Shown: positions 1 through 11,462 of the stretch, one piece after another
How positions within the stretch are numbered: the first letter of the stretch is position 1
How the letters are laid out: each line of letters starts with the position of its first letter
From: Klebsormidium nitens
Lineage: Eukaryota; Plantae; Klebsormidiophyceae
Reading direction: 5' to 3'
NCBI GenBank assembly: GCA_000708835.1
Contig: DF237279.1
Span: 37,856 to 101,855 of the forward strand
DNA: 64,000 bases
Program-made: the position numbers and the translations under genes
Notes under the pieces: generated by a model
The model's input: the letters and a program-made list of their open reading frames with translations, nothing else
Database searches by the model: none
Told to the model about the DNA's origin: nothing

Positions 1-591
1 TCGTTTGAACTCGATGGGGAACGCGCGGAAAATCAAGCTGCTCCCAAAAAGCTGGCATCAGCTTGCAAGTGGTGTTGCTTGCTAGGTTTGATTGCCATGG
101 TCGGTCTTCCCGTTGTAGGCGCCTCTGCTTTCGTCACCTACAAGGCAATGGAAGAGATGTTCCCAGTCCCTAGCAGGGAGCTGCAGTACGTAGGCCCGGT
201 TCAGCTCCCCGACCCCTCCGAGGGCCTCAACCATTTCCTGACGCAAAGTAACGCTGCCTTGACTCTGACCCTGTGCATTACGGACGCTATGGGCTTCTAC
301 GTGGGCTTTCCGGACAGCTGTCCGCAGCTGGGCGACCCATATGGCGGACGCGTCAGAACGCCCCCGCCGATAACCTCTAATGAGGCGAAACCACTTGCAG
401 GAGATTACTCGTTCTTTGTGACAATGGCCATGTGGGCGACCGGAATTCCGGCTGTGTTCGTTGCCGCTTCTATGATCCTACACGGTTGTTTCTATGCGGA
501 GAAGAAGATACGCGATGCGATCCAAAGGCGTAAGGCGGGCGCTTACAAGCTTGTGCCGATGGAGGGAGGTTTGGAGCAGCAGCCAGTGTGA
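1..591 (+). CDS. Partial (5'-open) hypothetical membrane protein
   Basis: Frame 1 is open from base 1 (SFELDGERAENQAAPKK...) to TGA at 589-591. Two hydrophobic stretches (LLGLIAMVGLPVVGASAFVTY; FFVTMAMWATGIPAVFVAASMILHG). No family recognised. Confidence 0.5.
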   Translation, partial: SFELDGERAENQAAPKKLASACKWCCLLGLIAMVGLPVVGASAFVTYKAMEEMFPVPSRELQYVGPVQLPDPSEGLNHFLTQSNAALTLTLCITDAMGFYVGFPDSCPQLGDPYGGRVRTPPPITSNEAKPLAGDYSFFVTMAMWATGIPAVFVAASMILHGCFYAEKKIRDAIQRRKAGAYKLVPMEGGLEQQPV

Positions 592-1993
592 GAGTGGGGT
601 TACGAGACGATGTGTCTGTGCGTGAGGTTGACGTCGGACGAGGACTGGCACTGGTTTCTGTGGTCTGAAGGATAGAACGACGATAAGATGGTCCGCAAAC
701 GAGGCAACATAAGGCAGTGAAATCCTCAAGAGACAGAACGAGTCCGAATTACGAATTCGTAGACGGTGGAGTAGTAAGTGGCTTTTCTTCGGTGTTGTGA
801 ATCAGTTTGTAGTTGCGTGTATCAATTTCAAGTTTGCAGTTACCGGTTTTAAGAGTTTGGCGGTTTTCGAACACAAACAGACGCATGAAGCATGCCAAGC
901 ATGCTTCTTATTGAGAAAGCTGTGGTACAAAGCAGAGCTCCATCTCAATGGCCGGCCCGATCCCGGATTTCAGATTCATCGGCCTATGTTTGCTGCATTA
1001 CGTTCTAATATCCTACCTGAGTTTAAACCAGTTGGCGAGGGTATGCTACTTGTCATGCACATTCAACGACGCGGCAGTACATGTGAACGTGTCGTAGTCC
1101 AAACTCGTACAGTATTATAGTATCCGATCAAGCTCAGGCAGGCTGCCAGCGGGTTAAAATTGATCGAGGGGCCCGTTTACAGGGCTGGGCGCTCAGCTGA
1201 GCTCTGTGCATTGCAAGGTTGCCATGATATAATCAGCTGTGATGCATCATTGATTGTGATCATTGCCAGCAGCTTTAGGGGATTAGGGGCGGCTCAAACG
1301 TCCTGCAATTGTCAGCCGTGGGTGGTTATGACTAAGAATTCAGTGTACTGCCACATGATGTACCCTGTATGAAGCAGTTGCTCAGACGCGAAGTTAGTAC
1401 GCGCGGGCATTATAATAAATGGCCGGATGGCTGGCTCTCAAAAACCTTGCATACTTGCAGATGCATGTGTTTATCGCGCCGAGTCGTACCTCTGACAGTC
1501 ACTGAGTGAGGCTCAGCCTAGCGCCCGGCCATATCGGATACCAGCTAGGCCCTTTGCACGGCACGGCGTGACGTCCTACTTATTTCGTCAGTTGGCGGCC
1601 ATTGATGCATCATTATTTGAAACGATGCCAATCACTTAGCCTAGTAGGCTCTATAAGAACTCAGAGGTCTCGTATGCGCACAACAGCGCGGCCGCAATAC
1701 GTTCCAGCGAATGATTTCTCCGCCTGTGAAACAGGAGACACTGATTGCGTGATGGAACGTACTGATACCGCCTGGATTCTGGTTTGGTAGAGCTCTAAGA
1801 GCACTGTTTGAGATCTTGATACAATTCGTAATGTACGAGTGCTGCGCCTAAGGAAAGCTGTTGATCAGCTACTAGTGACAGTCTATCTACATAGGGCCGA
1901 TTTCATGGCGAGCCTGTCGTGTAATCGGATAACCTGGATGAAAGCAGTCCAGTGGTGCACTTTACAACGAGGTGTCCTGCATGTGTACCGCTG

Positions 1994-4900
1994 TCAATCG
2001 ATTACACCCAAAGACTTGCCAACAGCTTGAAATGCTGCGATCGCTCTGTCTAGTTGTTCTCTAGAGTGACCGGCCGAGAGCTGTACTCTGATGCGAGCGG
2101 CGCCTTTTGGCACAACCGGATAACTAAAACCTATTACGTAGATTCCCTTCTCGAGCAACTTTTCGGCCATGTCGTGGGCCAGTCGGGCGTCCCCCAACAT
2201 AATGGGCACGATTGGGTGGTCGCCTTTTTGCAGCTTGAACCCCGCCGCCGCCATCTTTTTCCGGAAGTACGCGGTGTTGTCCGCGAGTTTGTCCCGAAGT
2301 TCGGTGCTGCAGAGAGGACGGAAGGAGAATGTCACCTTAAGTCACATCCAAAGTTATATTTGCCGACTGGGCAGCGGAGAGAGGACGGGTTCTTCTGGCG
2401 CTCGAAAGCTGCTCAAACCGGTTCTGGAAAGAACGAACGACTCAGCTTTGCGCAACGCAACAGAACGCGGGACAAGTGCCTTCTGGCAAGTGCTCGGTGT
2501 AAGGATTTCTGGAGCAGCGAGAACAATTAAGAAAGCATCAAGCCGACTTGGAAAGGCGCTTTTTTTGCGCAATGCAACCTTGAAACGAAAGCGTAGAAGC
2601 GAAAGGAAGTATCGGGCGCCATCGAGTGGGCAGAGCAGCTTCTCAGTCTCCATTTCTGAGCAGCTTAAACCGCTGGCATCCCATAATACGCAAACCAGCA
2701 GATGAGCGCACTCTGTCGACTCTGTCCCTCCCCACGAGTTCGAAACGACACAATGAAGAACTCAATATTTCTACATTTTGTTTTGTCAAGCGCCACGAGG
2801 GAGTTCAAATTCACCGTCCGGAAACGATAACCCAAAACGGCCTTCGTGCCGCCCCCAAAGCTGCGAGTCATAAGCAGCACTCTCGAACCGCACCTGCTTA
2901 TAAGAAGGTCCATCGCTGCAATGCTGGCGGCAGCCACCGACGGAGCGAGCGTGTTGGAGAATAAGTACGGCCGCGCTTTTTGACGGAGAATGTCGACAAC
3001 GTCTTTCCGCCCCGTAGTGTACCCCCCGGTCGCGCCCCCGAGCGCCTTGCCGAGCGTCGAGTTGATGATATCGACCTGCGAGCAGGAAAACATGCGGATT
3101 GTTAAGACCCTGTTTTATGAAATTCCACGTCGACCGAAATGGGTGAGCGCTCATCTACGATCCTCCGGACCAATAAGAACGGTTCAATCGGTCACGTGGT
3201 ACAAAAAACACAAACCTGGTGCAAGACTTGCCAGAAAGGCAGTGTACAAAGCTGTATGCGGACCAGAGATGCGAAGCTGGTCGACGCGGAATGTAAGGAC
3301 GCCCAATACCGCGTGTATGTTGCACTAACGCAAAGGTTTTGGCGACCACAGTATCATTGCTAAAGAATAAAGACGCACTTGGTGTTTCCCACATCGAGAT
3401 TTTCGAAACACAACAACGATCAGACAGGGATCGCAGTGACTTTGGCACGTTACAGAAGACCAGACAATCGAAGGGCCGACTTCTCACTCATCGCCTAAAG
3501 CAAAGAAATGCAGATAAAAGCTCGACGAAAACTGAAAACAGGCTTGTTTTGGTGCTGCCCTTGGGGCCGCCTTTTGGCTCGTCCATTGCTTTTGTGTAGG
3601 ATTAAAGTAGCACGAGGTGCGCTCAGGTGTTCGACAACGTTTCTGACACAGATAAAGTTTCAAACGTCAAGAGCACCTCATGCCTTTGGACTGCAGCCTC
3701 GACAGCAACTCTCTGATAGAGTTGAAGCGATGGTTCAACTCGTTCATGACCGAAAGGGTCCCCTGAAGTAGTGTTCCCACAATCTGTTCCTCCATTACAA
3801 GTCGAAGCGCCGACGCACGACAACAAAGACGGCCGTGGCGAAGTTCACCTGCATAACATTGCCTAACACGGCCTGACAAAAGCGAGAGCCAGCCGTCCTC
3901 CCCAGCACTCATCCGGTAGCGCCAAAATTTACTTCCCCTTCAAACAGACTCGACTGAATATGAGCGCTCCTTTTCCCAGGCCCGCCGGTCAAATCTCCAG
4001 GAGCGTGAATCCAATGTACACCCACCTTGCAGCCCTCCGCAGAGTTCATCCGTCCCCCGCTCTGTCGTCCCCATGAACTGCTCCCCGTCCAAACCCACAG
4101 CATGATTTGACACCAAACGCGAAGAGCCCCGCTGAATCGCAAGGACGTCAACTAGAAATCGAGGTGCCCAATGCAGATCGTACCTTGCCCTGCACTCCGC
4201 AGTACTCATCCGTCCCCCGCCCCGTCGCCCCTAGGAACCCTGTCGCGTGGCAGTCGTCCACGAAAGTGACCGCGTCGTGCTTCTGGGCGAGGCCCACGAT
4301 CTCGTCTAGTGGCGCCACGTGGCCATCCATGCTGAAGACGCCGTCGGTCGCGATCAGCCGCACGCGCGCATTTTGTGTTTCTCGCAGGTGCGTTTCGAGG
4401 TCGGCCATGTCGACGTGTTTGTACCTGGGGAGTTTTGACAACGATTAGATTTCCCATTTGTGTTCTAGAGAGGAAGAAGTGCCTGAGTGATACCTCGAAT
4501 ATGCAAATCCATGTGAAACGTTTGTCGCAAGCACCTGCACGCGCGGGCCCTGACTTTTACGCAAATGCAATTCGAAGTTGGTTGTGTCGACGTGTCTGTG
4601 TCTGGAAGATTTGAGCAACCATTGTAGATTGAAACAGAGACAGAAAAGAATCCGCTTGAAAGACTGAGAAGGGTGATTTGAGTGTCCAACAGAATCCAGC
4701 TTCTAAGGTCGCCTTTTTTGGCAAACTTTACCGTTCCTAAAGGAGGGCAGCATGTCCGGCCTCGTCTCAGGTAGGACTTCTCTTTCCTGACGTCAACGGT
4801 TATGCCTGACACGTCGACGTCTTTAACTTGCTCTCACCTCCGTCGTTGGGCTTTACAGAGCCTGATGCCGTCGATGATGCTCGCATGGTTGAGCTCGTCG

Positions 4901-6863
4901 CTAATGACAGCATCCTCTGACGTCAGGATCGCCTCAAAGAGGCCCCCGTTCGCGTCGAAGCAGCTGGGGTACAGAACTGCAGACAATACAACCGGGTGAA
5001 AACAGTGTTGCAGCTTTCGGAACGGGGTCAAGGGGAGTTGTACTTTTGAGACATAGGCCAGAATTGCAGTCTTTCACTGATGACGTGGCAAGGATCGGCT
5101 TGTTTAGGGGCCTTCTCGGGCAACGATTGGTCGGACGACACCAACGCAGGGGTTTTGCCCTTGAAGCTTGCCAGGTCATCGCTTCCAAAAACATTGCCGG
5201 TCTCGGGTTCCAAAAATTACCGACGGAATTTCACCCCGCCTGTTCGGATTATTATCTTGATTCAAATGTAATCTCAATAAAGACAGTCGCATAGGTTTTT
5301 TATCAAGGAGCGGGTCACGCAGGACTGTTGAAGGGTCCTTCAGATGACTAAACTTTGAGTCACATCAGAGACGGGCAATCTAAAACCTACAAGAAAAGTC
5401 CGAATGACTCGAGGCATTTGAGAACCCACAGGGTTACGACGTAGAAATCACGAGAACTTGAGCTGTCACGCCCCTGCTTTGGGCATCAGGATCCAGGTCC
5501 TATCCCGAACTTCGATGACGAACAATATACGTAAACTCCGTGTTGACTAGAGTGAGAGTGAGTCAAAAATCGAGCAAAGAGCTCCGCAGGTCCTCACTTG
5601 TGTCATCAGTCCCATGAAATTCCGACAACTTCGCCTCCAGTTCCTGCAGAGACCGGCGCCAGCTATTCAGTGTCCGTTCGAGATCCGAGCATAAAGTGAC
5701 GTTTTGTATGTATCTAGACCAGCGTAATCGTTTTCTGGTATGTAGACTTCATTCCTATTCCTACAGGCACCTCTGGAAGGTAGCTATGGGGCTCCCCTCG
5801 ATTGGCTTCTCAATTAGCTTCTCAAGCAAAGGGGATCAGATAAGGAAGACGTGAAAGCAGCGAGATTGAAGCGACCAAATGTACCTTCTAAGAAGCAAAA
5901 CGTGCAGGCGCAACGGCAGAGTCACCAGACAACGCTTCAACATCAGAGCATCTCACCAATGGCGTTTCCTAACATAGCTTTTCTTAGTGGCCAATCCTGG
6001 TGGTGTTTCCCAGTGTGGCTATCTCAAGAAGGAAACATACGTTGACACAAAGCCCTGACTGCGATAGAAAGAGAGGACTTTGTGGCCTCTGGTCCTGGAA
6101 CCAACGTACCTTATGCAAGTCCTGCGTTCCACAGATGAAGCGCACAGAAGACAAGCCAAAACCGTGCGTGTCAAGCGCTTTCTTGGCGGCCGCAACTAGA
6201 GTGGGGTGGTTGCTGAGACCCAGGTAGTTGTTTGCACAGAAGTTCAGGACAGCGAAGGAACCACCGGCGACGTGTATGGACGCAGACTGGGGGGTCGTGA
6301 TAACTCGCTCACCTGCGCATATCAAATTGGTTGGTAAAGCAAAAACTGATAAGAAAAAGTAAGGCAGATAACATGGAGAATACTATGGGGCAGATGGAGT
6401 TAGAAAGTGAGAGTTGCAGCTTTCCAGAAAGAGAGGAAGAGATGATATGGCAAACTTCCAGTAAATTCCCCCTTCCTTTTCCGACTTTGGATAAAGTGCC
6501 GGTGCCGGGAATAGTGAGGCATGCATGATCGAGCTTGAGCACGTCGCCACCCCCAGCACCGAGAGGGTTACAACCCAGAGCCTAAAACTCAACATGGAGC
6601 AGCTCAAAGTTGATGGACTTTCAGCTCTCACTCTTGAAAGTCCCGCCCTTCTTCATCTCCTCCAACTGCTGCTGCAAAGCTTTGTGAAGCGCATCCTGCT
6701 TCTCTGTTGCTTGTGTATGAGTGCCCGCGTCTGACTGGTCAGGTTCAGCACCAGGCTGCACAAACCCTTCTGAGCTGGAGAGCTGCCTAACCCAGGGCAC
6801 ACGAAAGGCCAGCTGCAGACCCCACAAGTTGACGGGCCGCGACGCCCTGATGGCTGCTTGCAT
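1994..6863 (-). CDS. GCAT: Glycine C-acetyltransferase / 2-amino-3-ketobutyrate CoA ligase (PLP-dependent), 7 exons, 451 aa, probable organellar presequence
   Basis: Exons 6863-6632, 6312-6110, 5643-5598, 4976-4838, 4424-4184, 3075-2894, 2306-1994 join in phase with GT-AG ends. Motifs [57 protein letters not shown] (PLP lysine), ARIRVQLSA. Confidence 0.95.
4026..4156 (-). repeat. Degenerate duplicate of the 3' part of GCAT exon 5, inside intron 5
   Basis: Translates ...[18 protein letters not shown] versus the real exon [18 protein letters not shown], and keeps an AAG|GT donor at 4026/4025. Confidence 0.6.
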
Positions 6864-7610
6864 TGTTGCGACAGGTTCTGCGCCACCCAGAAAAAGAAGG
6901 CCCGCTTACCAATGGGTCTCCTGATTCTACGCTTCAAGCATCAGTTGATGCCTGTAATTAGAATAGGAGCAAAGGGCTGACATAAATTACCAAGCTCAAC
7001 AGGTGGCTAAGGCTGGCGATCGAGCGCTTTCAAGTTTCCGAAGTTCGAGTGTGGTGAACCCTAATTTAGCCGGGGCCTACATTGACTGTGACAAGATCAC
7101 CTGAGTCAAGGACGCAACCCGCTTTCGACGTTAAGCTACAGTTGCTCAATAGCCTGGAGGCTGGACTGCGGATACAAACGGGTTCGGTTTAGATCAAACC
7201 CTGTTTATGCTTACGTCATCAATGGGTTCGCAGTTAGCTAGTGTAATGGGATGGTCCAATGAACCAATCAAGCTTCCTTAATTTTCCACGTGGTATCCAA
7301 CATGATGTTCTTGGTACGTACCACGAACGCAATGACACTTGTTCTGGCACGGTACCTCTTTGACCGGTACGGCTTTCGAGGGAAGGCGCTGTACACACAT
7401 CAATCCCGATGCACACAGAAGGTCAAACCTGAGGCTGAGCCGTGTGAGTCGTGACTCGTGAGCTGGCTTGCATTCAACTTCGCAATTCTTTTGCCTTTCT
7501 TTTGCGTCAAGACTCAGAGGGGGCAGCTGCTGGACTCGGAGCCTTTGAGCCTTCAGTTGGGGGCAATTGGAGTCAATTGAAGCGTGAAAGGCCCAAGCAA
7601 GGAGTTGCCA

Positions 7611-9527
7611 ATGGCGTCCTGCATCGCAAACAGGGCAGCGTCCTTCTTTACCCCCTCTGCGATCCGCGCGCCACCCCAATCGAACACCTGCAATGCAGTG
7701 CTGCTCTTCACACCCTCGTACATCTACAGCCGAGCTGTCTACTTGTCTAGGTCACCGGTGTTGCTAAACACATACCCTGCTCATCTAGAAAAGTCTTGGC
7801 TTGGATCAAAAGCCAGCACATTTGCAATGAATCCGCTGCCTTCAGTTGGCAGTATCATGTCAACAAGCCATGGCATTCTAGAGGCGCCTTCCCTGTGCCG
7901 CAGAGCCTCCTTGCACTGTAAAGCTTCTGGGAGCGGTATCGTTGAAGAAGTGAAGAAAAAGAATGAAGAGAACCCTGTGATAGTCTACTCGAAGTCATGG
8001 TGTCCGTGAGTTCCCTCCCTTGTGGTTCTTTGATTGCTCTAATAGGGGACTCCTATGACTCAATTGCATTCGGTGATTGGTTTATCTGAGTGCGCTTGTT
8101 TTGAGAAGCTGAAAGAAGCATTTCAGAGAAGAGTCAGTGATTTGCTCTTTCAAGAGTTGCTGCCACCTTTGCGGAGTTGGATGTTTGGAGAATTGAATGA
8201 TGCCCATGTTGTACCGTTATTGTCCGCACTTCATTTAGTGCTTCACCACAGCGGAATGCATGCCTAATCCAGCATTCGTTTGTTGTTGTTGTTGTCAGAG
8301 AGCATAACTAACCACATCTTTCCGCTATTGAGAAGATATGCGGACATCGATGCCAGAAGGAGCTAACCAAATGCAAAGTGCTTTTGTAAAAGTAATCTAC
8401 CTTCTTGTGACTCCTGCAACCATTCATGCGTTTTTGGTGTGCTTCACACGAACAAATATTCCCCTTTGCCTTTTAGGTACTGCTCTCAAGTGAAGGGCCT
8501 TTTCAGGCAATTGGGGGTGCCTGCGAAAGTGATCGAACTAGACGAAATCAGTGAGTTGCTCCTTGATAGCTTACCTAGAGCAGATGGCTTCGTTTCCTGT
8601 TCTTTGAATCTCTTTCTTTCTCCCCCGACTCTGTCCTTCCGCCCCCGAAGTCAGGCGCTGTGTTCAAGTACCACGACATTGGATAGAATGCAGCATCAAG
8701 ATGTTCGAAGAAGGACAAACAATCAAGTTCTATCGATTTTGGCATCTTGCATCTGTTGGCTGTGGTCTGAGCCACCTCAGGGTAAAAGCGCCTTTGCAGT
8801 CCCAGGTATGTGTTTGCAGTCCCCCATATTTGAGCGAGTTACCCATCTGCAACCAGAGTAGTCTGCCGGTGACTCCCGTAGAGTTGTACTGTGTTGAGCC
8901 TGCCTAAGTGAATTCTTTCCTGCTCCATTTGCAGATGAAGAGGAGGAGGTACAGGATGCTCTCTACGAGCTCACGCGCCAGGCAACAGTTCCGAACGTGT
9001 TCATTGGCAAGTCGTCCTCACCTTCGACACCTCAGCTTTTGGATGTCTTATCGCATTATGCTCACATTGGCTGCCTGCATATGGACTGCTATTTCGCCAG
9101 CTTCGACAGCCTCTAGTACTGGTTGCTTTCGAGATGAATACAGGGTCGAGCAGCCTGTTTGGCCACATCGAAGGAGTCGGAAGTCTCCCCTGCGCACCCG
9201 CAACCAAACTGACATTCTGGCGTCTATCTGCAGGGGGAAAGCATATTGGTGGCTGTGATGGTGAGTTGGCCTTCTTTTCTCTGCCGCTTATTGCGAGTCT
9301 CCGAAAATTCGACCAACTTCACAGCCCATCTTCTACTAGCGTAATCACATCGTTTTTGTCGCCTCGATACTGCCCCTCAGCCTGCTCCAAAGCCCCACTT
9401 CTGGTCGTACCATTGGTTCAACAAGTCATATTGGCCGTTTGTCTTTGCAGATACGATGGCTTTGAAAAGAAGCGGTAAGCTCTTTGAGTTGCTCGCGGAC
9501 GCGGGCATAAACGTGACGTCAAAATAA
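7611..9527 (+). CDS. GRX: Class I glutaredoxin (WCPYC), probably plastid-targeted, 5 exons, 214 aa
   Basis: Exons 7611-8005, 8477-8550, 8935-9006, 9234-9260, 9451-9527. YSKSWCPYC active site, TVPNVFIGGKHIGGCD motif, long Ser/Ala-rich N-terminus. Intron 3 needs a GC donor (9007 GCAAGT). Confidence 0.92.
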
Positions 9528-11039
9528 TCCTGCAAGTCCTGTGTTAATGAATAAGGCCTACTGCAAAGTAGAAGAAAGCTCCCAAAGCTCGTCAAGTAGA
9601 GGGACGGAACTCGTAGACGAATTGCTTCAAGTCAAGTACGGCAAAAGAGTGCTCTGCATCTTAGGACTACTGTGTTTGACCTGGGCCGCCAACAGTGATC
9701 GATGTTGATAAAAGCCGGGGCCCAGTAACAGCGGCATACTAATGCTTGCAACTGTACTAAACTTCAAAACTAAGGATTTTTTGACGTGGTTGAAATGGCC
9801 GTACGGTATGCTCCACCGGGTTTTAGGGTCAGTTTGCCTGGCCCGCATCGCGTTTCTAGGCCACCTAGTGATCCTTTGTCACGTTGACACACAGCGTACT
9901 AGACACCGTCAATCTCAATCTCGGTTTGGCTTTGATCTTAGTCTGGCTTTAATCAATGATTAAGTTGCATGTGGACATAGCCGGTACTGGTATGCCTTGC
10001 AATGCTACGGGCCCCCCTGGTAATGGTACACCAGCAATTTCCAGTTAGGTCCATTTCATAAACATCTTATCAGATTCATTGATCGTGAGGTCCGACGGGC
10101 CTCGCCATGCACGTACTCTATCATTTGCCGCACATGATATGCCGCTGTGCACAGTGACAGCGCCTTGAGTCGATCCGACGTACCAGTACGTATAATTAGA
10201 TACAGATCAAAGCTAGGATAAACGGAACCTAAGTCAATCGATCCAGTGACCATTCTAAGCAGATCCCGGTGACAGTGACTAGCTAGCTACGCTAATTTCG
10301 ATGAGATGTGCGGCCCGGCGCGGGCCCAAATGGCCGCCGTGTACGTGGTCAATGGACCCCGCAGCATACTGTACTATAGACTTTGTCAATCAATGATCTA
10401 TATGCGCATGCATGTAGTCACGTTGAGTCGATCAAAGCTCAGACACGCTTCCGAAGTTCAGTACGCTTGCGATACAAACGAGGCCGGAAATGATTGGACT
10501 GCGAATATCCGACTTGTACAGCATGCAATCTGCAAGAATATGCCCAGATACTGCCAGCTGACGCGTATAGCTAGCCACTGCAATTGGCGATATCCAAGAT
10601 GGCGCTGCACTGCACTTGATCATGCCAGGGCTGCACTATCTAATGCAGCACACCTATGCGCAATCGCCTGCCGTCAATCCGCTTCTCAAAGAACATCGCG
10701 GTTCCAACCGTGCACGATTTTGATTAGTAGCAGCGCGTGGCCCGCGCTCTCAGGCGGCACAATTGGCCCGAATTGAACACGTGCCACACGGGTGGCATCT
10801 CACTATCATGGTCAATCACACTTGCTCAGTTCGAAACCAATGATAACTGACTTGCAAACGCACACTGAACCTTACGGGACGGTTGAACTCTAATGTTTTG
10901 AGATAGGTTCAAGGTACTTGACTGCACTGTGCCAGAGAGCTCTTGCCAAGTTTAAGCTAGCCATAAGGCCATTTTCTTATTTGGAATCACGAGAACACAT
11001 CTAAGGGGGTACAAAAGGATCAATCGTATATTATCGTGT

Positions 11040-11462
11040 CTACATGCCTTGCAGGCTGTTGAAGAGTGCCGTACAGCAAAGGATATGTTCTTCCTGGTTC
11101 CAGTGATCTTCCAGGACTCGTTGATTTTTGGAGACAAACTCCTCGATCAGCACAAAGTCCCTGAACCGAATGCTCCCGGTGTTTCCGATTATCCTTGGGT
11201 TATCCTCAATCGTCACCGTGAACCACTTACCAACATCTTTCGAGTTTCCATAACCCTGCGATACTCTTAACTTCGGGACATCTGTTCGCTCGTTCTTCAG
11301 GCTGATCCAGACGGACATAGGAAGTCCAGTGACTTGACAAGACACGTTCGTCATCGTAAAAGGATCCACTCCCTTGTCAGGAAAAGCGAAGTCGTCTTCA
11401 ACGACAATATCGTCTTCGTCGTCGTAAATGGAATGACAGGGAGTCTTCGGCTGTGTCTTCAT
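11040..11462 (-). CDS. Small hypothetical protein (~140 aa from ATG 11462), DUF4160-like/prokaryote-phage-type sequence pattern
   Basis: Uninterrupted ORF with core TGLPMSVWIS...PKLRVS...FTVTIEDNPRIIG...LIEEFVSKNQRVLEDHWN. The true 5' end is uncertain (AG acceptor near 11490). The family assignment is from memory of the pattern, not from a search. Confidence 0.5.
   Translation of the reverse strand: MKTQPKTPCHSIYDDEDDIVVEDDFAFPDKGVDPFTMTNVSCQVTGLPMSVWISLKNERTDVPKLRVSQGYGNSKDVGKWFTVTIEDNPRIIGNTGSIRFRDFVLIEEFVSKNQRVLEDHWNQEEHILCCTALFNSLQGM

Noticed and set aside
9600-10900. MITE or Helitron shared with 51000-52200 (both rich in short palindromes such as CATG and GTAC)
   Set aside because: Only 9-11 bp matches found; no terminal inverted repeats or target duplications I could verify.
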